Origin: an uncultured Gemmatimonadales bacterium
Lineage (GTDB): Bacteria; Gemmatimonadota; Gemmatimonadetes; Gemmatimonadales; GWC2-71-9
DNA: 40,956 nucleotides
Direction of reading: 5' to 3'
Assembly (NCBI GenBank): GCA_963844035.1
Contig: CAWJMT010000025.1
Span: 1-40,956 of the forward strand
Under the pieces are notes generated by a model, which was not told the origin of the DNA, did no database searches, and worked only from the letters and a program-made list of their open reading frames with translations. The stretch's first letter is position 1. Every line of letters starts with the position of its first letter. The position numbers and the translations under genes were made by a program. Positions 29,376-38,212 of the stretch are shown here, piece after piece.

Positions 29376-29956
29376 GACTTCGGCTTGGGCGACAGATCGA
29401 CCCGCGGCACTTCGCGTTCAACCGTGTTGTCGATTTCCCACAAGACGGCGGGGGTGGCGTGTGCCCACCCGGCGACCAGCGACGTGGGGAATTGTTGCTG
29501 CTTGATGGTGTACTGCGTCGCCGTGTCGTTGTACAGCTGCCGGGCAAATGCCACCTTGTTCTCGGTGGATGTCAGCTCTTCCTGGAGCTGACCGATGTTG
29601 CCGGTCGCCTTGAGTTGCGGGTATTGCTCGACCACCACCATCAATCGCGAGAGCGCACCCGACAACGCGTTTTCCGCCTGGCTGATCTCTTTCACGCCGC
29701 CCGCGCCGGCTGCATTTGCCCGGACCGCCTGGTTGCGGGCCTGAATCACCGCTTCCAGCGTGTCCTTTTCAAAGTCCATCGCGCCACGCACGGCGCTCAC
29801 AAGGTTGGGGATCAGGTCGTGCCGGCGCTTCAACTGGACGTCGATCTGCGTGAAGGCGTTGAGCGTCTGATTCTTGAGGGATATGAGGCCGTTGTAGGCC
29901 CCGATCACCCATAAGGCCACCGCCGCCAGCAGTACCAACAGAACCCACGACGACAT
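29372..29956 (-). CDS. lemA: LemA family protein
   Basis: YNGL, IDVQLKRRHDLIPNLV, EQYPQLKA, ENKVAFARQLYND. Confidence 0.95.
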   Translation of the reverse strand: MSSWVLLVLLAAVALWVIGAYNGLISLKNQTLNAFTQIDVQLKRRHDLIPNLVSAVRGAMDFEKDTLEAVIQARNQAVRANAAGAGGVKEISQAENALSGALSRLMVVVEQYPQLKATGNIGQLQEELTSTENKVAFARQLYNDTATQYTIKQQQFPTSLVAGWAHATPAVLWEIDNTVEREVPRVDLSPKPKS

Positions 29957-30009
29957 CGGTGACTCCTTGGTGAGAGGTCTCGCTGCCGCCGTCCGGTGTC
30001 GGTGTTCCT

Positions 30010-30648
30010 TTAGGCCGAGCCGTGCGGCAGGAGTTTCGTAATCGCTTGCCGGACGGCATCGGCCACGACGGCGTCGCCCGGGCCCACACGGGCCAGGGGG
30101 TGTGCGGCGTCCACGTGCAATTCGATGCCCCGGCCCAAGGGGATACGTCGCCAGGTGCTGGGGTCCCCCAGGTCACGCACGGCGTCGCGGGCAATCCAAG
30201 CGGTGAGCGCCCGCCCGGAGCGGCCCCGGGGCGGGCCTCCGGGGCTTTGCAGCGGAAGGCGATCGGGCGCGGGGAGGGAAGAGCCGAGTGTTTGCGCGGC
30301 GCGGCGTTCCAGCACGTCGCCGGTTTGATCCTGCATGTCCTTAGTGATCGCGGCCAGCGTGGCGCCTTCCATCTGCCGGAGCTTGATGCAGAGCAGCTGG
30401 AGGAAATGGCGATAGGAGTAGGTCGCAGCCGTGCCCCGGCCTTCGGGGGGGCTTACCAACCCCTTGGTGACGTAGAAGCGAATCGTGCGTTCGCTCGGCT
30501 GCGCGCGCGCCGCCGCGTTGATCGGCGTGATCGCCGACGCGTCGAGCACGGCACCAACCAGGGCGGCCAGGTCGCGCAGGTTCCAGGGCGCCAGCCCGCG
30601 GTATTCGCGGAGTACGTGTAGCGGATCGTGCTGGGACGCCACAGTCAT
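30010..30648 (-). CDS. MerR-family HTH regulator
   Basis: SERTIRFYVTKGLVSPP...Y...H..QL..IK..Q..G.TL..I; C-terminal WRRIPLGRGIELHV. Confidence 0.8.
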   Translation of the reverse strand: MTVASQHDPLHVLREYRGLAPWNLRDLAALVGAVLDASAITPINAAARAQPSERTIRFYVTKGLVSPPEGRGTAATYSYRHFLQLLCIKLRQMEGATLAAITKDMQDQTGDVLERRAAQTLGSSLPAPDRLPLQSPGGPPRGRSGRALTAWIARDAVRDLGDPSTWRRIPLGRGIELHVDAAHPLARVGPGDAVVADAVRQAITKLLPHGSA

Positions 30649-30651
30649 GGC

Positions 30652-31053
30652 TCAGCCGTTGCCCGCCTCCCGCCGGCCCGATGGGACCCCATTTTCCAGC
30701 CAGGCCGAGATTTCCCGCAGGTCGAACGGCTTGCGCAGCACCGTGCACTGGTGCTGCTCCAGCCAGCTGCGCACGTCGTCGGCATCCGCGTCGCCGGTCA
30801 TGATCGCGATACGGCCGTCGAGGTGCGGCCAGCGGTGCACGATCAGGAGGTACAACGCGAGGCCCGACATCGTCGGCAGCTGGATATCGAGCAGCAGTGC
30901 GTGCGGCGCGTGTGCTTCGAGCAATGCGTACGCCGCTTCCGCGCTTCCGGCGCTCAAGACGCTGAAGCCGTCGCGGACCAGCGCCCGCTCCAGAACCCGC
31001 CGTAACGACGGGTCATCGTCCACGACGACGACGGTCCTCGTCGAGGGCATCAC
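30652..31053 (-). CDS. single-domain response regulator
   Basis: VVDDD, LLLDIQLP (phospho-Asp), IMTG, LRKPF. Confidence 0.9.
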   Translation of the reverse strand: MMPSTRTVVVVDDDPSLRRVLERALVRDGFSVLSAGSAEAAYALLEAHAPHALLLDIQLPTMSGLALYLLIVHRWPHLDGRIAIMTGDADADDVRSWLEQHQCTVLRKPFDLREISAWLENGVPSGRREAGNG

Positions 31054-31850
31054 GAGGCCTCCGCGGAGACCAGAGGTGGTGGGGCAAGGAAGCGCTGCGC
31101 GACCTGCTCGAGCGCCTGCTCGGGCGTCAACGAGAGGCGCATCTCACCCGCTGTCAGGCCCAGATAGGCACGCGCGTGCTGCTGCAGCGTCTTCACCTGC
31201 GCGTAGCCCAGGCGTTGGGCCACGTCCTCGACGGTGAACCCGGGATCCTGGAGCAAGCGGTGAGCGTACAGCACACGCGCAGCGGCGAGGAAGTGCCGCG
31301 GGCTCGGAAGGCCGACCCGCGTGAACCAGCGCTCACAGGTCCGGCGATCTACGCGGGCCCGCGCGGCGATCTGCCCGACCGTTTGAACCCTGTCCGGGGC
31401 CTGAAATGCCTCCTCCAACACCCAGCGCAGCTCGCTTGGGAGGGGTGCCAGGGCGCCGGCCAGCTGTTCGAGGAACAGATGCGACGCGGCGCGGCCCTCC
31501 TCCTGCCCCAGGACCTCGCGCAGCCGGGCCGGGTGGTCGTCGTAACGGGCGAATACCACGGACCGGATGCCGCGCTGACCGAGGGAGAGCAAGACGGCCG
31601 CCGTCTCAGGGGAGAGACTGGTGTAGAGGATCAACGGGAGGGAAGGGAATAACACGCGCAGCCGCTCGATTTCCTGGGCTCGAGCGGACCCCGCGAACAA
31701 CGGATCGACCACCGCCAGCTCCACCGGGCGACTCCGGATGGTGGCCAGCGCCTCGCCCCAGCTCGTCGCTCGCGCAAGCGAGAACCGCGCCGCCGCGGCT
31801 CGGCGCAGTTTGTGGAGCTGCATGTCGGGGACGGCCGCCAAGATCAGCAT
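31050..31850 (-). CDS. AraC-family regulator with degenerate receiver-like N-terminal domain
   Basis: N-terminus ELAVVDP...PLILYT lacks the acidic pair and KP; C-terminal double HTH (TVGQIAA...RRTCERWF; TVEDVAQRLGY). Confidence 0.85.
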   Translation of the reverse strand: MLILAAVPDMQLHKLRRAAAARFSLARATSWGEALATIRSRPVELAVVDPLFAGSARAQEIERLRVLFPSLPLILYTSLSPETAAVLLSLGQRGIRSVVFARYDDHPARLREVLGQEEGRAASHLFLEQLAGALAPLPSELRWVLEEAFQAPDRVQTVGQIAARARVDRRTCERWFTRVGLPSPRHFLAAARVLYAHRLLQDPGFTVEDVAQRLGYAQVKTLQQHARAYLGLTAGEMRLSLTPEQALEQVAQRFLAPPPLVSAEAS

Positions 31851-31852
31851 AA

Positions 31853-31891
31853 ATGTCGCAAAAGTGCCCTTCGATGCCGCAAAAACGCCCT
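31853..31891 (+). promoter_or_regulatory. tandem 18-bp direct repeat with 21-bp period, putative AraC-family operator
   Basis: atgtcgcaaaagtgccct (31853-31870) vs atgccgcaaaaacgccct (31874-31891), 15/18 identical. Confidence 0.7.
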
Positions 31892-31970
31892 AATCAATGC
31901 GATTCGGGAGGCGAAGTTTCCCGGCGAGGTAACAACGTCGCTCGCCGCCCACCCGGACCCTGGAGGTTGC

Positions 31971-32102
31971 ATGTCACGCAACGTACGCGCTCTGCTTGCT
32001 ATCGTCGCCCTGTCGTTCGCGTTTTCCGCCGCTGCGTGCGCCGACGGGTTCGGCCCACACGGGGCGCACTGCGACACCAGCGGGAGCAACACCTGCCACT
32101 AG
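31971..32102 (+). CDS. 43-aa exported peptide / mini-lipoprotein with C-x7-C loop
   Basis: GGAGGT then ATG 31971; MSRNVRALLAIVALSFAFSAAA-CADGFGPHGAHCDTSGSNTCH; classical n/h regions and lipobox-like AAAC. Confidence 0.75.
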   Translation: MSRNVRALLAIVALSFAFSAAACADGFGPHGAHCDTSGSNTCH

Positions 32103-33379
32103 GCGTCTTCCGTGACGAGCTGTGCCAGGGACGCTGAGACCCCTCGCACTGCCTCGGACTGAGTGATCGGCTCCGCGCCTGCGTTGGAGGTCGCCACGAG
32201 CGCCTCCTCGCAGCCGTGGAGTCCGTTCACGATTCGCTCGATCTTGAAGACGAACTCGTGCAGGCCCGCGTCTTCCGCGACCTTGAGGGCTCCCGCCAAC
32301 GTCGCCCGGCTGCGCCTGAGCAGGCCGAACCGTGCTTCGCCGATGCCGGCCTTGAAGTGATAGTCGGCGAGGATGTTGGGCGGCATCTGATCCTTGCGCT
32401 TCTCACACCGGCCGCGCCAGCGCGCGAACGCGACGCGGTCGCGCCGATACGAGGCGCAGTGCATGAGCTCGATCTCCGCGTTGCTCACGTTGTCCTGCGA
32501 GCCGCCCTTCCGCACGACCTCCAACAGGGCCCGCTCCGCCGCCAGCGGATCGCCCAGCATCAAGAACATGATTCCGGCGTCATTGAGCGCGCGTAGCTGG
32601 CGATCCTCATCATCGTAGAGCTCGAAGGCTCGCCAGACGTGTAGGAGCGCGTCCGCAGGTTGCCCGGTGTGGAGGAGTATCACGGCGACCTCGTGCTCGA
32701 CCCGCGCCTCGATGTCGCGATCCCGGCTGCTATCGATGTCGGCGAGAATCTCCCGCAGGATCCGCTCGGCTTGCGGAAGATTGCCCCGGCCGCCGCTGCA
32801 CTGCGCACGGCCGATCCGACTCAGAAAGGCTGAACGCCGATCCCCGGCCGTGGTTGCCACGCGTCCGGCATCGGCGTAGGACTCCTCCGCAAGGTCGAAT
32901 CGGCTGAGCTTGCGGTTGACGCGCCCCGCCCGTAGCGACAGCGCGACCGCATCGGTGGCCGAGAGGTCTACCCCGCCGACCTGGCGGAGCGTCCCCAGCA
33001 CATCGAGCGCCTCCTCCAGCCGCAGTTCGTCCTCGAGGTAGTGCGCGTACGCGAACAACCCGGGGACCAGGAGACCCACGTCGTCTTCGCGCTGGGCGCT
33101 ACCGGCGCTTTCGACCAGCCCCTGAAGGTGCGCACCTTCCGTCGACGTGACCCGCAAGTCACGGCAGAACCGCTCCGTTGCCGCGCACTGATAGCGAAAC
33201 GCATCGGGATGCACGGGCTCTCGCTCGGCAGCTAGCAGGTCGATCAAGCGAAGCGTGAGGAACGCGCCCTGGCCCAGACGCGACTGCAGCCCCCCTCCGG
33301 GGAGCGGAAGCGTCTGCGCCGCCCGTTGCAGAAAGACAGCATGCGACAGGGACGGCAATTCGGCCTGCGCGATGGACAT
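32099..33379 (-). CDS. cytoplasmic tetratricopeptide-repeat protein (426 aa)
   Basis: AGGAG then ATG 33379; long TPR-like units (AGRVNRKLSRFDLAEESYADA, GNLPQAERIL, GQPADAL, GDPLAAERAL); no signal peptide. Confidence 0.85.
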   Translation of the reverse strand: MSIAQAELPSLSHAVFLQRAAQTLPLPGGGLQSRLGQGAFLTLRLIDLLAAEREPVHPDAFRYQCAATERFCRDLRVTSTEGAHLQGLVESAGSAQREDDVGLLVPGLFAYAHYLEDELRLEEALDVLGTLRQVGGVDLSATDAVALSLRAGRVNRKLSRFDLAEESYADAGRVATTAGDRRSAFLSRIGRAQCSGGRGNLPQAERILREILADIDSSRDRDIEARVEHEVAVILLHTGQPADALLHVWRAFELYDDEDRQLRALNDAGIMFLMLGDPLAAERALLEVVRKGGSQDNVSNAEIELMHCASYRRDRVAFARWRGRCEKRKDQMPPNILADYHFKAGIGEARFGLLRRSRATLAGALKVAEDAGLHEFVFKIERIVNGLHGCEEALVATSNAGAEPITQSEAVRGVSASLAQLVTEDA

Positions 33380-33462
33380 CGTTGAAACTCCTAGCGTCCC
33401 AAGGGGGGTCGCCTGTGTCCTTGCAGTAGTTGTGCTCAGGGCCCAACCCACTAGAGGCTCAG

Positions 33463-33528
33463 AAGATACCGCATTCCCTCCAGCGGCGTTAGGCCGCCGT
33501 TTCCGCGTTTTCTTGCTGATTGCGACAT
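33463..33528 (-). promoter_or_regulatory. putative promoter of the TPR gene with ATGTCGCAA box
   Basis: minus strand ATGTCGCAA (33528-33520), degenerate second half ending CCTAA, then TATCTT 20 nt later. Confidence 0.55.
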
Positions 33529-33573
33529 GGTTTTGGTCACCCTTGGTGTGGTGATCTGAGCCGACATTGAGTC

Positions 33574-34002
33574 ATGCACCGTGGCTACTCCCTTGCCGAG
33601 CTGGCGCTCACGCTGGCGGTTATCGGCGCCGTGACAATGTTTGCACTCCCCGGCTGGGCGAGGTTGCTGGACCGGTTCGCCGTCGAGCAGGCCGCCTCGG
33701 AGCTTACAACCGCACTGGCCGTTGCCCGCAATGCGGCCGTGCTGCGGGGCACCAATGCCAGGCTATCGATCGCCGCTGACACTTTAGGGATGGACGTGTG
33801 GGTAGATGGAGACTGGAATCCGGCTTGGCGGTGGCCCGGGCCCCAAGCTCACTCCGTCAGTCTGGAAGTCACCAATAGGGCGGTGACCTTTGGAGCGAGC
33901 GGCATCGGGGTTGGAGCGTCCAATACTCAGGTCCTGCTGCGGCGGGGCAGGCAAGTCGTCAGGATCACAACGTCGCGCATAGGCCGGGTAAAGCGCTGGT
34001 AA
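33574..34002 (+). CDS. GspH/FimT-family pseudopilin
   Basis: prepilin cleavage site RG|YSLAEL with Glu+5; ARNAAV; VTFGASG; C-terminal GRVK. Confidence 0.85.
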   Translation: MHRGYSLAELALTLAVIGAVTMFALPGWARLLDRFAVEQAASELTTALAVARNAAVLRGTNARLSIAADTLGMDVWVDGDWNPAWRWPGPQAHSVSLEVTNRAVTFGASGIGVGASNTQVLLRRGRQVVRITTSRIGRVKRW

Positions 34003-34210
34003 GGGTCGCCCAGGCCCAGACGACCGCTGCAAGTTGTTATTTCTACGACTCTTACGCGACCGCGACCATTTGGGCCATGCCCGCATCATAAAGAGTGTAC
34101 GGGCCTCTGTGGAGTCCGGGCGGGGAACCTCGGAAACCACATCAGGCGTGATGCAAAAACCAGCGCATCATAAGGTCGCGGCGGAAGTGTGACGGCCACT
34201 TCCCCCGACC

Positions 34211-34251
34211 AAACCAACCCGGGGCGCATTCGGCTCCGGGTTCGGTTTTTT
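34211..34251. terminator. terminator between convergent genes
   Basis: aaaccaacccggggc/gctccgggttcggttt stem with a T run. Confidence 0.75.
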
Positions 34252-35138
34252 AGGGGAGGAACCGCGCCAATCCTTCATCGAACGGGAGGGGCTGGATTCC
34301 GAAGACGGTGTTGATCGCGTTCGCCGGCGTGCGTGTCCCTTCCACCAACATGCGTAGTTGAATGCTCGTGATGGGCGCCGCCGGGCCAAGGGGGTCACAG
34401 GCGCGGGCCCCAGCGCGCACTAGCGATAGCGGGACATGGACGAGCGGTCGAGGGTGCCCGGAGGCTCGCCCTATGGCGCGGACGAACTCCTCGTAACTGA
34501 GGACGGCAGGACCGCCGAGCTCCAGCGTACCCATCACATCCGCGCGCTCCACCGCCAGCGCGAAGGCCAACGCCAGGTCCTCGATCCACACCGGCTGAGC
34601 GGGGAAGGATCCGTCCCCGAAGATGGGGATTACCGGCGACCAGCGATGCAGACGGGCGAGGGTGCGGATGGGGGCGCTTTCCGGGCCGTTTATCAACGAG
34701 GGTCGGAAGATGGCAGCGGGGAGTCCCGATTTGCGGACCAACTCCTCGGCCTCCCACTTGGTGCGGTGGTAGGCCGTGGCGTCCGCGTCCCCCCGTGCTC
34801 CCACCGCGCTCATATGAATGAACCGTCGCACGCCGGCTGCTCGCGCACGCATCGAGCATTCGTCGCGTTCCCTGCACGTGCACGGTCGCAAAGGTGGCGG
34901 ATCCCCATTCGACAATGATGCCGACGAGGTGCACTGCTGCGTCTGCTCCGTCGAGCAAGCGCGCGAGCGCGGCGTCATCATCAAGGGCGCCGGGCACGAG
35001 GTCGGCTCCCTGGGCCGTGAGGAAACTCGCCCGGGACAGGTCCCGGACCAGAGCACGGACGCGGTGGCCGCGGCGGAGCAAGAGGGCGGCGACGTGGCGG
35101 CCGACGAATCCGGTGGCCCCGGTGATGGCAACTAGCAC
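34250..35138 (-). CDS. NAD(P)-binding atypical SDR, complex I NDUFA9-like (frameshift near 34845)
   Basis: ITGATGFVG, VHLVGII, YHRTKWEAE, RPSLI.G, QPVWIEDLA. Confidence 0.88.
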
Positions 35139-35192
35139 GTGATCGGCATTGCGGGGGGCTGGCTCAAGCGGCCAGGGGCGGCGGCGACGCGG

Positions 35193-36267
35193 TTACTCGG
35201 GGCCGCCGCTGTTGTCATCCAGGAACACCAGCGTGTTCCGCCTGGCGACTACCGCGGCCAGGGCGTCGTATACCGCGGGATCGAGCACGGTACCCCCTAG
35301 CTCCTTGATACGCTCGACCGCTTGCTCCGGGGAGATCTTGTCCTGGTACGGTCGCGACGAGCACAGCGCGTCGTAGACCTCGGCCGCACCGATGATCCGT
35401 GCGCCGATCGGGATGCCCTCGCCGCGAAGACCGTCGGGATAGCCGGAGCCGTCCCAGCGCTCGTGATGGCTGCGGACCATCGCAATGATGTGCTCCAGGT
35501 GGGGCAACGGCGCCAGAATCTGAGAGCCGATCAGGACATGCTGCTGCACGTGCTCGAACTCCTCCGGCGTGAGGGGCCCGTGCTTGTTGAGGACCGATTC
35601 CCGCGTCCCGATCTTGCCGACGTCGTGCAGGCGTCCGCCGACGCGCACCTGCTCGACTTCTTCGTCGGACATGCCGAGCTGCGCGGCGATCGTGGCGGAG
35701 AGATCCGCGACGCGGGCGGAATGCCCCCGCATATAGGGGTCCTTTGCCTCGAGGGCGTTCACGAGCGCCTCGAGCGTGGCGACCGAAATGCGCTCGAGCT
35801 TCTGGCGTGAGCGTTGCAGCTCCGCGGTGCGCGTCGTGACTTCTTCCTTGAGCCAGCGACTCATCTCGCGGCTTTCGAGGAGCGTGTCGCGGAGCTTCAG
35901 CGCGCGCTGCACTGCCCGACCCAAGTCCGCCAGCTCGATGGGCTTGGTCAGGTAGTCCATGGCACCGCGCTGCATGCACAGGGCGGCGCTCGTCGCGTCG
36001 TTCACGGCGGTGCAGCATGAGGATCGCGAGATCCGGCTCGATTTCGAGGGCCTGGGGGACCAGGTCCACGCCGCTGGTCCCGGGCATGCGGATGTCGCAC
36101 AGCATCAACGCGATCTTGTGGCGCCGGAGCTGGTTGAGGGCCTCGTCGCCGGACGCGGCGGTGTACGACTCGAACTGCTGCTGCGTCAAGAACTTCTTGA
36201 GCGCGTTGCGGATCGGCTCCTCGTCGTCTACGACCAGCACGGAGGGACGAGCGGTTGATTCAACCAA
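35193..36267 (-). CDS. response regulator with HD-GYP phosphodiesterase domain (frameshift near 36012)
   Basis: VVDDE, CDIRMP, DYLTKP; GHSARV, LHDVGK, HHERWDGSGYPDGL; AAGGAG then TTG 36267. Confidence 0.9.
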
Positions 36268-36327
36268 GATGAGGGCTCCTTGCGGGCTGGCCAAAGATGG
36301 CAAGACCAGCGGTGCGGCGCCAGCAGA

Positions 36328-37200
36328 CTAGGGCGTGGCGCCGACGAACTGGAGGTCGACGGCGGGGAGGATGCCAGCACGGGCACCGCGCTCGAGCAGT
36401 TCTGCGACCGCTCGTCTGCCCGCGACACCGTAGTCGACGGTGAACTCGTTCACGTACATCGCCACGAACTTATCGGTCTGCGCGGCCGTCAACCCGCGGC
36501 TGAACCGACCGGCGTACGCGAGCCCCTCCGCCCGGTGGGCCAACGAGTACTCGATGCTCGCTTTCAGGTCCCGGGCGATCTCGCCCATCAGGGCAGCCCC
36601 TAGGTCTCGACGCACGACGTTGCCGCCGAGCGCCAGGGGGAGACCGACTTCGTGGTGCCACCATTCGCCCATGTCCGCCCACAGGTGCAGATCGCGGTCG
36701 CTGTGGGTCAACTGCCCTTCGTGAATGAGGACGCCGGCGTCGGCGCGGCCGGCAAGCACGTAGTCCTCGATCTGATCGAACGGGACCACTACGTGTCGGA
36801 TCGCGGGCTGGTAGAGGCGCGCGGCCAAGAACGCGGTCGTAAGCTCGCCGGGGACGGCTACCGTTCGTCCGGCGAGCGCGCTGCGGGGATCTGCGGGCGC
36901 GGGCGTACGCGCGACGATGCGGGGGCCGTAGCGGTCGCCGATGCTGGCGCCGTGCGCGAGCAACGCGTACCGATCCGCGAGGTAGGCGTAGGCGTGCAGC
37001 GAAACGGCTGTGACCTCGAGCTCCCCGCGTAGCGCGCGCTGGTTCAGGCTCTCGATGTCGGCCAGCTCGTGCTCGTACCGTCTGGGACCTGTGTCGATCT
37101 TCCCGGTGGCGAGCGGCCAGAACATGAACGCATCGTCGGCATCCGGGCTGTGCGCGACGTGGATCGTCCGTGTGGCAGCCGTCAGACGTCCTCCCGGCAC
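36328..37200 (-). CDS. mqnD: 1,4-dihydroxy-6-naphthoate synthase (futalosine menaquinone pathway), start uncertain
   Basis: AHSPDADDAFMF, DIESLN, GDRYGP, PGELTTA, LIHEGQLT, LPLALGG, MYVNEFT. Confidence 0.85.
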   Translation of the reverse strand: MPGGRLTAATRTIHVAHSPDADDAFMFWPLATGKIDTGPRRYEHELADIESLNQRALRGELEVTAVSLHAYAYLADRYALLAHGASIGDRYGPRIVARTPAPADPRSALAGRTVAVPGELTTAFLAARLYQPAIRHVVVPFDQIEDYVLAGRADAGVLIHEGQLTHSDRDLHLWADMGEWWHHEVGLPLALGGNVVRRDLGAALMGEIARDLKASIEYSLAHRAEGLAYAGRFSRGLTAAQTDKFVAMYVNEFTVDYGVAGRRAVAELLERGARAGILPAVDLQFVGATP

Positions 37201-37407
37201 GTCACGACCGTCATCTGGCGCCGCGTTCCCGGCAGCAACGGGGCGCAGCGCTCGCGACCTGGGTCGCCGGCACGCCAGTAGGTACTCGATGGGCGGCTCA
37301 TGAGAGCGGGGAATCTAACTGGCAGGATCGACGGCGGGAGCGTAGAGTATCGATCTGATGTTGCGCACTTCCTTCCCGAGCGCCGGCGGCCCCGGTGGGG
37401 GGCCCCG

Positions 37408-37671
37408 ATGACCGCCCCCTTTGCTGGTCACGAGCGGGCCAAGCAGATGGGCGAGCTGAAGCGCGGCGCGCAGCGGTGGGACGTGTTCGTGGAAACGCAG
37501 CCCGATGCCGAGCTCCATGCGGTGCGGGGCCGCCTGCACTTCGTGCATGGCGACCGCCATCGCGCGACGTCCTGGATCTTCCTCGAGCCGACGGAACGGG
37601 ACATCCACGAGAGATTCGGAGAATTTTCGGCGGTCGAGCTGTGGCATTTCGTCGAGGCGTTGGGCGACTGA
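37408..37671 (+). CDS. small hypothetical protein
   Basis: 87-aa ORF with protein-like composition (WDVFVE, RGRLHF, TSWIFLE). Confidence 0.65.
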   Translation: MTAPFAGHERAKQMGELKRGAQRWDVFVETQPDAELHAVRGRLHFVHGDRHRATSWIFLEPTERDIHERFGEFSAVELWHFVEALGD

Positions 37672-38197
37672 CGTCGGGCCATCGCGCCCTCCTGCTGTGG
37701 GCAATGTCGGGACTCGCGGGGTGCGAGAGCGCGCCGCGCCGTCACGACACCCAAGGACTCCAGACCCTCGGTCGCTGGGAGTGGCATGGCCGACTGGTTG
37801 TCGCAACCCGACTCCCATCTCACCCTGATGCGAATGAGGATCGACACGGGCGGCCCCAGGTCCGTCCGGAGACGTGGTGCTGATGCGTTACGATTTCAAC
37901 CCCGCCTTCGGCGTGGGGGACGAATACACCATCATGCTCGGTCTCGACCTCGGGCGCGCTCGCGACTTGCGGACGGGCGTGGCATACGCGATCGGGCCAC
38001 CGCCCGGGCGGATCCCGGCATATGCCACCATTACGTGCCTGTGCGAGCCGCTCAAGCTAGATTCCGCCCGCGGTACGGTAGTCCTCGCGACCCGTGGGTT
38101 GCGGCAGCTCAGCGGGCGTGTCGATGCGACATTCTATTTTGGAGTGTGGAACGATCCCTCGAGGCATGTCGCAGTACCTCCTGTATCAGCGCTTTGA
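37668..38197 (+). CDS. hypothetical lipoprotein (frameshifted; boundaries approximate)
   Basis: LAGC lipobox in the frame of ORF 37395..37883, continuing into ORF 37874..38197 (beta-rich, CLC). Confidence 0.45.
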
Positions 38198-38212
38198 CGC
38201 GATCAAGTAGCC

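Noticed and set aside
28356..29956. HtpX/LemA as the processing machinery for the 43-aa peptide
   Set aside because: lemA-htpX is a widespread housekeeping pair; proximity alone gives no support
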